A stretch of 64,000 nt of DNA from the NCBI RefSeq assembly GCF_002113885.1, contig NW_018406060.1, positions 1,022,315-1,086,314 of the forward strand, in the 5' to 3' direction. Origin of the DNA: Mizuhopecten yessoensis. Taxonomy: Eukaryota. The position numbers and the translations under genes were made by a program. A model generated the notes under the pieces. That model was not told the origin of the DNA. It made no database searches and was given only the letters and a program-made list of their open reading frames with translations. Positions 12,101 to 39,300 of the stretch are shown piece by piece (within the stretch, counting starts at the first letter, position 1; the number at the start of each line of letters is the position of its first letter).

Positions 12101-14799
12101 TTCTTCCATGCTAGATTATACTGTCTTGCATATCACTAATATTATATCATGGAGCATTCTAGTGTTTGCCTGGAGTCTTGCAATCCATATCAATATCAAG
12201 ACTCCTTGTAAAACAATAATTCAAAGCGAATTGTGGACACAATCATGTCCATTAGCATGGTAAGTTTGTTCTAAATTACTCTACCAGATTAATACGATAT
12301 TAAGTTTCATTTGCAAGGGGTTTATCAGTCCTCCGCTTCACCTTGAATATTCAATGCAACCTAAATTTCATACCATGTACACTGTCATGATCAAATCAAA
12401 TTTTCTTGTCAATAAAAAATATTAACCTTGGGCATAAAGAGAAGCCCTTCCAGTCTTGTACTGGGTAACTTTGTGGAGGGTATGCTTCTTGCACTTTTTA
12501 CCCTTGCAAAAGGTCTTCCGTGACTTCGGAATGTTCACCTGCAACAAAAAAAGTTTTGTAATCAGATAAAAGTTCATGAAATTTTAAAGATCAGTTAACT
12601 AATAATAAGCAACATTTTTCTGAGTCCACATTTACTAAATGGCAAATGGCCATTATTGACATAAAAACAGCCAGTGGTAAATACACACCAAGTTGACTGT
12701 ATTTTAGTGGAGAAATAAATGTTAAAACTTAAAATGTTTAATCAACCTTGGTGCAACTATACAAAGTGTGATCTAGATGGACATTTGTATTTTCTAGACA
12801 GAAATAATTCATCAAATAGGTAAGCAATCAATCTTTTTTTCTCTCACAAAGAATATATATATAGGAATTATCTGCATTTTAACAGTGCTTCCTTGGAAAC
12901 TGCAAAAAAAAAGAAGTTTAGATGGTAGGTAGGGTAACCAGAACCAAATTTTATTTTGCCTTTATGACCTAGGAGTGGGAATGTCATGGCAAATTGTGTT
13001 CAAAACACATCCCAGTTTTTACCAAGTCCGATTAAAATATTAGAGACAAGGTGAAAAAAAGTCAAAGAAATAAAATACTACATCAAAAGATATTAAAAAC
13101 AAATACTTTGAGCAACATTATACCTAAAATTGCACTAGGAAACCCATTCAGTATCTATACAGTATACACAATTCTACCCACTAAAATTGATCATAGCATA
13201 TGTAGTCGATTATTCCGTTACATGGCCTAAAACACAATCCTCAACAAAGTTTACCCTTTTATCTTAACATGAGCTAGCTATATCCTTAGGCAGGTACTGG
13301 AGTGCCAGCAAATATAGGCAGATTTGACTATACATGTATAGTCAAATATGACTACTGTATATGTACATGAATGCACACAAACGAACGATTACTGGTCAAT
13401 TATATCATCTCGAGTGGCAGGCATGTCAATAAAATTGTGGACCAAACAGGCGAGTGCGTGAAATTATAGATTATTGTTTCATAAATGGTTTTTATAAATG
13501 CCATTGTAACATTTTTCTTTTTGTAGCGGGACTAGACTTGGTCTATCGTCGGCAACCAGATTGCTCATTTGGTAGAGTGAAGTAAACAAAAATGTCTTCA
13601 GCAATAGAACAATAACAATTTGGAACAATCTACAGGAAGTGATTGCTACAGCAATGAACCTAAACAGCTTCAAAACATTACTGAACAATCATAACATTAC
13701 CAACAGGTCCAAATCCCGGGCCTCTTTTTACAATTAGTACCTTGTACATCACATGTGTCTAAATTAGCTGAACTTAACAGGTCATTCGAGACCAAATCAA
13801 CGAGTGCAAATTTTTAACGGTACGTGTGTAAATAGACGTAGGTTTTATATAGAGAGAGAACTGTCTTTGTCAAGTATAATGTGTGAGCAACAAGACTGAT
13901 ATACTGCCACAAAACATCGATGTGTAAATAACGGACTTTTATCATTTATGCGCAACTGGTTGGACACTATATATAAGTAAAGGAAATAGAATCAAGACAA
14001 CTCCAAAAGCTAAAAAGCTTACAACGATGTATTTTACAGCGAAATAGTATGGAGGATTTGAACCCCGGTCTGGGAACTCACTCTGGCCGCATTTCTTTCT
14101 CCCGTTAAGAAATTAGTGAGATTGCCAACCCAAAGCTTGGCAAGGGGACTATATATAGCCAGACTTGCAGGTGCTCCAGTACTTACAGCCCAGGAAAACC
14201 ACTGTTTTATTTTAGTTAGTCGGACAGTAGCTAGTGTTCTGAACCACAGGCAACTACTATTAACATTGATCTTGTTAGACTTTCAGTCACTGGGTACGTT
14301 ATACATTGACAATATAATGAACTTTGTTACACAACTAAGCACATGGAGGTATAGACTCAAAATTTAAAAAATATACCGCAAAAAATATCGGAGAACACTG
14401 CTACCTGCTACTGTCTGATGTCAGTGATGATCATGTGCACCGAAAAAAATATAACTACTTCATTTGGAATAACTACATGATAAAAGTTACATCGGAAACA
14501 AGCTTTTAAAGTAAGGAGTCGTGTGTTTTACTGAATGTGCACGTAACGAATAGGCCTTAAGTCATTATTACGCCACTGTAGTTAGATTATTTACAAGGAG
14601 TCGGTGCATGTTTACAAATATCACGTTGCAAATAAATGGAATAAAACTACTAATCATCAACATTTACACAAACTAAAGGTATGGTGAAAAACTTGAGAGT
14701 TATATCTTTAATTTTAACGTATAAATGGAGAAATTGGTGTGAAACTACAGGCGATGACTTTGGATAAGGATAGGAATATTCTATTTCATTTCTCACCAT
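9166..14799 (-). CDS. RPL36A: 60S ribosomal protein L36a/L44 (eL42), 5 coding exons, 106 aa
   Basis: Exons (minus): 14797-14799 (ATG only), 12427-12538, 11430-11497, 10831-10947, 9166-9186. All introns are GT-AG and phases are consistent. Translation [106 protein letters not shown] has the eL42 GGQTKP motif and zinc cysteines. Confidence 0.98.
9578..9830 (-). mobile_element. 5'-truncated SINE remnant in RPL36A intron 4
   Basis: (TTTGG)n tail and GTTTAATGTCCTATTAACAGCCAAGGTCATTTAAGGACG end motif typical of bivalve SINEs. Confidence 0.5.
9862..10049 (-). ncRNA. intronic box H/ACA snoRNA, copy 1 (SNORA81-like, tentative)
   Basis: In RPL36A intron 4, sense to the host. 5' hairpin closed by CCTTCCTGCAC...GTGCAAAGGAAGG, H box AGATCA, 3' hairpin ATCCATGGA...TCTATGGAT, then ACA+3 nt. 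Near-identical to 11634-11822 with unrelated flanks. Confidence 0.85.
11634..11822 (-). ncRNA. intronic box H/ACA snoRNA, copy 2 (SNORA81-like, tentative)
   Basis: In RPL36A intron 2, same hairpin-H-hairpin-ACA layout. Four substitutions versus copy 1 over ~180 nt. Confidence 0.85.
13575..13692 (+). mobile_element. LINE 3' coding relic in RPL36A intron 1
   Basis: Translates to [31 protein letters not shown], matching the FFSNR..WN.LP...FK C-terminal motif of CR1/L2 ORF2. Confidence 0.6.
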
Positions 14800-14951
14800 T
14801 TTGCAGGTTGGTTAGAAAAAGGAAGTGAACTTGCGCAGGTCACTAAATCTTGTCTGTCAGATGTTTGTAAGCAAACTCGCTTCAATGCTTATGAGGAAAG
14901 CATGTTACTGACACAGACTAGATAGGAAGTTTGGCGAAATCGAAAGCAGAG
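14800..14951. promoter_or_regulatory. compact bidirectional promoter RPL36A/ACAT2 with 5'TOP/TCT initiator
   Basis: The start codons diverge with only 152 bp between them. Minus-strand pyrimidine tract CTTCCTTTTTCT at 14814-14825 is typical of ribosomal protein gene starts. Confidence 0.8.
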
Positions 14952-28369
<13,418 letters not shown>

Positions 28370-29033
28370 AAGGATTAACACTTAAATATGGAACATTCCT
28401 TCAACTCTTCTGTTCTTAACTTGATGGGGATATTTATCAGGTTTCAGAATTGGTTTATGTGGGCATCTGCTAGTTTTTAAGTAGAGTTTGTAATTGGCTA
28501 ATTGTTCAGTAGCTCAGTTGTGACTGAATTCACAGTACTTGATGTAGTGATATTTCTGGGGTTTTCACCCCTGTTATATGATATGACTTGCTTTAACCTT
28601 TAATTAGGTTGAATCAATCAAAACTTTTTATAGAAAGTTTGATGAATATTACTGATTCTTTGCAGTATTTGAACCTGTTACACCTCTTATTCCGTTTTGT
28701 TTACCATATGATAGTTACACTTCTTCTTCCTTTTTGTATACCATATGGTAGTTACACTTCTTCTTCCTTTTTGTATACCATATGGTATTGTCTACTATCC
28801 GTGATATGTGACGTTAACTTTATTTTTTTACCATATATTTAAGTTTTTTTCTGTGTTCTCAGATAAACTAAGACATTTAGGGTTATAACTTGTGTTTTAT
28901 TAATCATAGGAGTGATGTATATGTGGTATACTGTAGATCAGATGACCGACTTTAATATTTCGCGATTCAAGATGGCTGCCATGGCCTTTGATTGGCTGAA
29001 CTATTAAAAGATAAGTACCAGTTCTATAAGGAT

Positions 29034-29387
29034 CATCCTCGATATCCAGGGGTTACGCTCACGTTCACTCTCTACACCCCTGGAATGTGTCTTAGAAAAT
29101 TGAAGGCTCAGTGTGCGCCACCTTGTTGATGAGACAAGAATACCAGTTCGGTCATTTGATGTACATCAAAAGAATCTCGCAGTCACGTAACGGTAAAAAT
29201 TGACAGACTTTGAAGTCGGGCGTCTCTACTTTGTAATCTTCAAAGGACAGGTGTCAGCCTAGCAATTGGTCAGGGTTTTTTTACCTGACACCAATCAAAC
29301 AGCTATCTTCGTGCCTTCAATTTTGCTATGACATACTCCAGGGGTGTAGAGATTGAAAGTGAGCATAACCCCTGGATATCGAGGATG
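29034..29387. mobile_element. Mutator-like MITE, ~350 bp
   Basis: Long TIRs CATCCTCGATATCCAGGGGTTACGCTCAC... and 9-bp TSD TATAAGGAT/TATTAGGAT. Partial copies at 2776-2830, 3972-4080 and 5004-5282. Confidence 0.8.
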
Positions 29388-30969
29388 TATTAGGATATTT
29401 TAAAGGTAAGTTGGTTACTTTGGGTTTTGGAACTCTGTAACTACAGCAAGCACTTTATTTTGATGTTTAATGTATATATTTTGTAATGTGATATTTAGCA
29501 CTATGTCTGATTGGATATTTAATCAGGATTGTACTTGTAAATAACTTTTATTGTTGAATATGAGATTTTGGTAAATTTTGTTATCATTAGTCGGTATGAG
29601 ATTATGACCACAAGTAAGACCGACTTGTGAGGAGTTGGAAACAAACATTCTTTGTCCTTCAAGCCTTTAGAACAACACTTGATAATCATGAAATACCTTT
29701 TCACGTTCCAGTTAAAATGTTAGTGAAAAACATTGAAATTACTGTGAATCATATATAGTTTGCCAGATATTTATTCTCCTAGGAATTTGTAAGGGGAGAC
29801 AATCATGATTTCAAGTTATCTTGCAAGACACAATGAAACAAAATAACATGTAGCAATAGTTGTTCTTTCACCAGACACATTAACCCTTTCACCACTGTAG
29901 ACCATAATGGACTCATCCATATCAATGCATGGTAGAGTCTACTAAAGTTACCAAGGGGTTAAAAAGTAATTGGACATTTACAACTTTGTATAGATTGAAC
30001 TGTAATTTAATATGTGATGGCATTGGAACTTAATATATCACATCTAATGTGTCTAAATTGAGGTTCCTGAATCAGTGATGGTTGGTTCTCATGTTTATCT
30101 GACTCCAGTTGGTTAGATTTCAAATTGTGTAAAGACATGAGGCTTACCAAGTGTCTTTTACATTTGAAAAATAATTAGTGAGAGTCAGAAACACATGATA
30201 ACCAGCCATCACTGGGGACCTTTTCTTCTCATAACATTCATATCGAATCTAGAAAACTATATATGTTTTCCTTGGAAATAAACTATTACCATGAATTTTG
30301 ATGTCATATTTGAAGATGACAGCACAAAACATTGTGATGTGACCCCATAATTCAAATATGGACCAATGAAATAATGTCAATGGTCTGAGTGTATTACCCA
30401 CTAGTGTGTAACCAAAAACGTGTAACAACTCCCTGCAGGTAATCCAACGAGTCTTGAGTGAGGAAACATTTAGTATAGTTATATAACATATCTAATGTAT
30501 GTAAGATGCATTTGTTTGTTACTTAATAAAAAATATCTCATGTGTGTAAGATACATTAGTTTGTTACTATAATGGGATGTATTACATCTGTTATATTATG
30601 AATAACAATTGTATTATTACGCTGCACAGCAGCCCGAGTGTATAGTATGAATAATATGGAACATATTGTGTGTGTCTGTTTGCATAAAAATGGCTAACTT
30701 ATTCAATGGAATGGAAGGTTGTTGTGTAATTATGCACACATGATTTTAAGATAATTCACATGTGATAACAGGTACACTTATGTCCTGTATAGGGCCTAAA
30801 AAGGTTTGAATAAAAGATTTAACAGACTTAAGTGTTATGTTGTTCTTACTGCATGGCTAATGTCCTTTCCAGTCTTGTGTCTTAAGCCTACTGAATTAAG
30901 TCTAAAATGCCAGCATTGCTAAGTCTTGTGCAAACATCATTACGTTTTGAGTCTGAATTACTGAGGTCT

Positions 30970-31715
30970 CATGCCACCATCATAAAGTCTTGTGCCACCA
31001 TCATAAAGTCTTGTGCCACCATCATAAAGTCTTGTCCTACCATAATAAAGTCTTGTCCCACCATCATAAAGTCTTGTGCCACCATCATAAAGTCTTGTAC
31101 CACCATCATAAAGTCTTGTCCCACGTCATAAAGTCTTGTACCACCATCATAAAGCCTTGTCCCACTATCATAAAATCTTGTGCCACCATCATAAAGTCTT
31201 GTCCCACTATCATAAAATCTTGTCCCACCATCATAAAGTCTTGTGCCGTCATCACAAAGTCCTGTACCACCATCATAAAGTATTGTGCCGTCATCATAAA
31301 GTCTACTCCCACCGTCATAAAATCTTGTGTCACCATACATAAAGTCTTATGATCATAAAGTATTGTGCCGTCATCATAAAGTCTACTCCCACCGTCATAA
31401 AATCTTGTGTCACCATTCATAAAGTCTTCTGATCATAAAGTATTGTGCCACCATCATAAAGTCTTGTGTTGTCATCATAAAGTACAGTGCCACCATCATT
31501 AAGTCGTGTGCCACCATTCATAAAGTCTTGTGCCACCATCATAAAGTCTTGTGCCGTCATAATAAAGTCTTGTGCCGTCATCACAAATTAAAGTCTTGTG
31601 CCACCATCATTAAGTCTTGTGCCGTCATCATAAAGTCTTGTGCCACCATCGTAAAGACTTGTGCCGTCATCATAAAGTCTTGTGCCGCCATCATGAAGTC
31701 TTGTGCCACCATCAC
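30970..31715. repeat. 21-bp minisatellite
   Basis: Unit CATCATAAAGTCTTGTGCCAC, degenerate at the right end. Confidence 0.92.
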
Positions 31716-32095
31716 TACATCTGTTATTCCAGCATTGTTCGATCTTTAACCACCATCACTAAATGTTGTGACCTTATCTCTAGGATGTGTACATTCATCA
31801 CCAAGTCTTGTTCCAATATCAGTAAGTATTTGGCCAACATTTTCGAGTCTTATGCCTATATCATTTGTGGTCATATCACTTGGACCTTTGCTTTCATAGC
31901 TAAGTCTGCAGTACAAGGTTTCTTATGCCTACATTGCTTAGTCTTGTGCCAACATCCCCAATTATTGTGCCTATACCAGTAAGTCGTATAACTATTAACA
32001 AAATCTTGTACATGAACCACTTTAGATAAATGTAAACTTTAATTTATTTTACAACAAGTATGAAACAAGTTATTTGAATTTCTATTAATCACTCT

Positions 32096-32268
32096 TGTTG
32101 ACCCGGATGTTAGCGCGGGGATGAGTTAGTGAGGGGAAACCGTAGTATTTAGAGAAAATCCTTGTGGTCGGGCAGGTGACCCCATACCTTTTCACGTCCG
32201 ATCGGGGAATCGAACCCGGTCGCCTTGATGAAAGGCAAGTGCGCTATATCCACTGCGCCACCGGACTT
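32096..32268 (-). mobile_element. tRNA-derived SINE (V-domain-like)
   Basis: A box GGTGGCGCAGTGG and B box GGTTCGATTCC, then a GG..TTCTC..TACT.CGGTTTCC core. Related fragment at ~53030-53215 (+). Confidence 0.7.
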
Positions 32269-33389
32269 ACCACTATAAGCTGGCATCATGAACAAAAACA
32301 AAATATTAAAAAAATGAAAATGAAATAGAATCGATCGGACCTTGAGCTAGCCTATATGTACGGTTCCTGCAGCTAGAACCACTAAATATTGTTCCTCTAT
32401 CACAATGATTTTAACATATCAACGGAAATTATCTATAAAAGGGAAACTTGTATTGTTCTTCAATGTAACACTGAACAAGCAGCAATTATATGCACGTACT
32501 TTCTCTTTGATCTACGAAATAGCTTACTTGCACTCAATTTTTATCTGAAACACTTCTCAAACCTTCTATATATGTAGGTCTCTCTATATGTAGTAGAATA
32601 CAAGTATACGGATTTCAAAAGGTTTAAAATTAAGGGTTGATTACCCTGCTTTTCCATCTGGTCTGAGAGCGTATACCTTTTAGTTACCCCATAGGTGATA
32701 TAGTGATAGGTAATAGTTGTTCCAGCCAAAATGTTATGTTTTTAATCTGGTTGGACTGATGGTGTTTATTAAAACTTGGGAAATTGTTTGACTTATGCTG
32801 AAAAACAACCTCAATATGCTTCGTAATATATGTCAAACTTTCAGTAGGAAAATATAGCTGAAAATTCAAGGGAAAACTATTTCTTCTTGCAAAGGCTTGT
32901 TTATTTTTTAATCGAGAATTTCATTTCGTATATATCTGAAACGGAAGAAATAGGTAAACGGCACATATAAACCTGCCCGTGAAATAAAAACAAGCGTTCA
33001 ATATGACATGTTGGGCCGTTTAGCTGTAACTTTGCAACACTGTCCTATATTAACCCCTGTTTTATCACGGGTGCAGATTGCGCCGATACAACATTGGGCG
33101 ATAAGATAAGTTTAGCATAACATTTCCTCAAATACTATTTTGTGTAGACTGAAATCTTCAGTCTGTAAACGCAAGAGTCTAGTGTCTAATTTCAAAATTT
33201 TATAACCGGTGAGTGTTGTATTTTTTTTTACAAAATTCGTTGCTCCGGAGTCTATTGACTACTAACAAGATTGAAGAGCTACCTGTTTAGTAGGTTTGAT
33301 TTGTATCTACACTACAGTGACAGCTCCACAGGAGACTGGACTTGGGTACAAGCCAGCTGATAACATGCTTCACATTAATTGCTGAAAGT

Positions 33390-36300
33390 ATGGCTGTGTA
33401 CAGAGATCGCTATTTATTATTTATACTACACCTGGTGTTCACTGCTGTATACGGAGGTAGGTAAACACCTTTTTTTTTGTTTTCATCCATCTATAGTATT
33501 ATCCGTCCGTATTATTGTCTAAACATTGTATACATACGTTGTTAAATACAAACCTACATCTATGTATCATATGTTCATATATTTGAGCTGAAAATGTCTT
33601 GACATCGTGAAGCAAAAGGTTTTTTTGCCTGTCAAATCGGTTGAAAAACAATAATGTTTACCCGTGACCTATGCTACATTGAAATAGAAAAATTGCAGAT
33701 CTTTTGAATAACATAGCTTATATATTATTTTTTGTTAATGAAATGGACCAATTCGCCAGTTTGTCAAGGTCGTTTATAAAGCCATATTCAAGAACTGTTC
33801 TGTAAATAATACTAACATGATACAACATTTGTACTTATAATGCTTTCTCTGCCAGTTTAAAGTAAAAAAAAGGGCCATTTATAAACGTTCACTTTCAAAC
33901 TGCGGAATCCGGCCAGTGCGGAGCAGATCCTCCTTTGATCGTTGTATTCTGTGTACCAACATATCTCGTGTGTTATGCTGGACCGATTCGTATAAGAATG
34001 GCACGTGTTCCGTTTTCGATTGTAAACGACAATATAACGAATTCAAGTTGTCACTGTTGTGGTGTTTTTTTTTAAATAAAGTATTTCGTATCTATTAGTC
34101 CATGATAATGACACCATCTACCACTATTAGTCCATGATAAAGACACACCATCTACCACTGTTAGTCCATGATAAAGACACACCATCTACCCCTATTAGTC
34201 CATGATAAAGACACGTCATCTACCACTATTAGTCTATGATAAAGACCCCCCTTCTACCACTATTAGTCCATGATAATGACACCATCTACCACTATTAGTC
34301 AATGATAAAGACACACCATCTACCAATATTAGTCAATGATAATGACACACCATCTACCGTGGTGTTTTTTTTTAAATAAAGTATTTCGTATCTATTAGTC
34401 CATGATAATGACACCATCTACCACTATTAGTCCATGAAAAAGACACGTAATCTACCACTATTAGGCTATGATAAAGACACACCATCTACCCCTATTAGTC
34501 CGTGATAATGACACACAATCTACCATTATTAGTCCATGATAAAGACACACCATCTACCACTGTTAGTCCATGATAAAGACACACCATCTACCCCTGTTAG
34601 TCAATGAAAAAGAAACACCATCCACCACTATTAGTCTATGATAAAGACACGTAATCTACCACTATTGGTCTATGATAAAGACACACCATCTACCTCTATT
34701 AGTCCATGATAAAGACACGTAATCCACCACTATTAGTCTATGATAAAGACACGCCATCTACCAATATTAGTCCATGATAAAGACACACAATCTACCAATA
34801 TTAGTCTATGATAAAGACACACCATCTTCCACTATTAGTCCATGATAAAGCCACGAAATCTACCACTATTAGTCTATGATAAAGACACGTAATCTACCAC
34901 TATTGGTCTATGATAAAGACACACCATCTACCCCTATTAGTCCATGATAAAGACACGCAATCTACCCCTATTAGTCTATGATAAAGACACACCATCTACC
35001 CCTATTAGTCCGTGAAAATGACACACCATCTACCATTATTAGTCCATGATAATGACACACCATCTACCAATATTAGTCCATGATAAAGACACACCATCTA
35101 CCATTATTAGTCTATGATAAAGACACGCCATCTACCAATATTAGTCCATGATAAAGACACACAATCTACCCCTATTAGCCCGTGATAATGACACACCATC
35201 TACCATTATTAGTCCATGATAAAGACACGTAATCCACCACTATTAGTCTATGATAAAGACACCCCATCTACCACTATTAGTCCATGATAACGACACACCA
35301 TCTACCACTATAAGTCCATGATGAAGACACACCATCTACCAATATTAGTCCATGATAAAGACACCCCATCTACCCCTATTAGTCTATGATAAAGACACAC
35401 CAACTACCACTATTAGTCCATGATAAAGACACACAATCTACCAATATTAGTCTATGATAAAGACACACCATCTTCCACTATTAGTCCATGATAAAGACAC
35501 GCAATCTACCACTATTAGTCAATGATAAAGACACACCATCTACCACTACTAGTCCATGATAAAGACACACCATCTACCCCTATTAGTCCGTGAAAATGAC
35601 ACACCATCTACCATTATTAGTCCATGATAAAGACACACAATCTACCCCTATTAGTCCGTGATAATGACACACCATCTACCATTATTAGTCTATGATAAAG
35701 ACACACCATCTACCAATATTAGTCCATGATAAAGACACACCATCTACCACTATTAGTCTATGATAAAGACACACCATCTACCATTATTAGTCTATGATAA
35801 AGACACACCATCTACCAATATTAGTCCATGATAAAGACACACCATCTACCACTATTAGTCTATGATAAAGACACACCATCTACCACTATTAGTCCATGAT
35901 AAAGACACACCATCTACCACTATTAGTCCATGATAAAGACACACCATCTACCACTATTAGTCCATGATAAAGACACACCATCTACCACTATTAGTCCATG
36001 ATAAAGACACACCATCTACCACTATTAGTCCATGATAAAGACACACCATCTACCACTATTAGTCCATGATAAAGACACACCATCTACCACTATTAGTCCA
36101 TGATAAAGACACACCATCTACCACTATTAGTCCATGATAAAGACATACCATCTACCACTATTAGTCCATGATAAAGACATACCATCTACCACTGTTAGTC
36201 CATGATAAAGACACACCATCTACCATTATTAGTCCATGATAATGACACACCATCTACCAGTATTAGTCCATGATAATGACACACCATCTACCAATATTAG

Positions 36301-39300
36301 TCCATGATAAAGACATACCATCTACCACTATTAGTCCATGATAAAGACACACCATCGACCATTATTAGTCCATGATAATGACACACCATCTACCACTATT
36401 AGTCCATGATAAAGACACACCATCTACCACTATTAGTCTATGATAAAGACACACCATCTACCACTGTTAGTCCATGATAAAGACACACCATCTACCATTA
36501 TTAGTCCGTGATAAAGACACACATAAAGACACACCATCTACCACTATTAGTCCATGATAAAAACACACCATCTACCACTATTAGTCCATGATAATGACAC
36601 CATCTACCACTATTAGTCCATGATAAAGACCCACCATCGACCATTATTAGTCCATGATAATGACACCCCATCTACCACTATTAGTCCATGATAATGACAC
36701 ACCATCTAGCCCTATTAGTCCATGATAAAGACACACCATCTATCACTATTAGCCCATGATAACGACTTACCATCTACCACTATTAGTCCATAATAAAAAC
36801 ACACCATCTACCACTATTAGTCAATGATAAAGACACACCATCTACCAATATTAGTCCATGATAAAGACATACCATCTACCACTATTAGTCCATGATAAAG
36901 ACACACCATCGACCATTATTAGTCCATGATAATGACACCCCATCTACCACTATTAGTCCATGATAATGACACCATCTACCACTATTAGTCCATGATAAAG
37001 ACCCACCATCGACCATTATTAGTCCATGATAATGACACCCCATCTACCACTATTAGTCCATGATAATGACACACCATCTACCAATATTAGTCCATGATAA
37101 AGACATACCATCTACCACTATTAGTCCATGATAAAGACACACCATCTACCCCTATTAGTCCGTGATAATGACACACCGTCTATCATTATTAGTCCATGAT
37201 AAAGACACACCATCTACCACTGTTAGTCCATGATAAAGACACACCATCTACCCCTATTAGTCCGTGATAATGACACACCGTCTATCATTATTAGTCCATG
37301 ATAAAGACACACCATCTATCACTATTAGTCCATGATAACGACTTACCATCTACCACTATTAGTCCATAATAAAGACACGTAATCTACCACTATTAGTCTA
37401 TGATAAAGACACGCCATCTACCACTATTAGTCCATGATAATGACAAACCATCTACCATTATTAGTCCATGATAATGACACACCATCTACCACTATTAGTC
37501 CATGATAAAGACACGTAATCTACCACTATTAGTCTATGATAAAGACACACCATCTACCACTATTAGTCCATGATAATGACAAACCATCTACCATTATTAG
37601 TCCATGATAAAGACACACAATCTACCACTATTAGTCCATGATAACGACATATAATCTACTACTATTAGTCCATGATAATAACACACCATTTACCACTATT
37701 AGTCCATGATAAAGACACACCATCTACCACTATTAGTCCATGATAAAAACACACCATCTACCACTATTAGTCCGTGATAAAGACACACCATCTACCACTA
37801 TTAGTCCATGATAAAAACACACCATCTACCACTATTAGTCCATGATAAAGACACACCATCTACCACTATTAGTCCATGATAAAAACACACCATCTACCAC
37901 TATTAGTCCGTGATAAAGACACACCATCTACCACTATTAGTCCATGATAAAAACACACCATCTACCACTATTAGTCCATGATAATGACATACCATTTACC
38001 ACTATTAGTCCGTGATAATGACACACCATCTACCATTATTAGTCCATGATAATGACATACCATCTACCACTATTAGTCCGTGATAATGACACACCATCTA
38101 CCATTATTAGTCCACGATAATGACATATTATCTACCACTATTAGTCCATGATAATGACATACTATCTACCACTATTAGTCCATGATAAAGACACACCATC
38201 TACCACTATTAGTCCACGATAAAGACACACCATCTACCACTATTTGTCCACGATAATGACACACCATCTACCAGTATTATTCCATGATAACGACACACCA
38301 TCTACCACTATAAGTTCGTTATAAAGACACACCATCTACCAGTATTAGTCAATGAAAAAGACACATCATCTACCACTATTAGTCCATGATAAAGACACAC
38401 CATCTACCACTATTAGTCCACGATAAAGACACACCATCTACCACTATTAGTCCGTGATAATGACACACCATCTATCATTATTAGTCTATGATAAAGACAC
38501 ACCATCTACCACTGTTAGTCCATGATAAAGACACACCATCTACTATTAATAGTCAATGATAAAGACACACCATCTACCATTATTAGTCCGTGATAAAGAC
38601 ACACCATCTACCACTATTAGTCCATTATAACGACACACCATCTACTATTAATAGTCAATGATAAAGACACACCATCTACCACTATTATTCCATGATAACG
38701 ACATATAATCTACCACTATTAGTCCATGATAATGACACACCATCTACCACTAATAGTCCATGATAAAGACACACCATCTACCACTATTAGTCTATGATAA
38801 TGACACACCATCTACCACTATTATTCCATGATAACGACACACCATCTACCACTATTAGTCCATTATAACGACACACCATCTACCATTATTAGTCCCAGAT
38901 AATGACAAACCATCCAAAGTTATGTTTTACTTTTAGTAAATGTAATAATGTTTCTGGTTTGAAGAAGCAAAAGTTGATTTGAACTCTGACCTCACCTTGT
39001 AACTTCAACCTTGAAGTGAGATGTGCGGTAGACCTGAAGGCATGGCTACGCCTATTAATGGCATATATTGTTAATGAAGACCAATTCAGATGTGTTCAAC
39101 TATGGTTTTTAACATTGTATGGTGATCGTTCTTGTGTGAATGGAATTTCATCGACTATAATATTCTGTTTTCGTGAATAACCATAGAAATTATCATCGCC
39201 TGGTTACATAGTTTATTATAACATATTTTCAGACCAAGGTACCAGTAATGGCCGTCATGAAATACATGGGTGTTACGCCAAGTTGTTCTTTCCGACCTGT

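Noticed and set aside
30907-31982. His/Cys-rich ORFs
   Set aside because: Translations of a 21-bp minisatellite.
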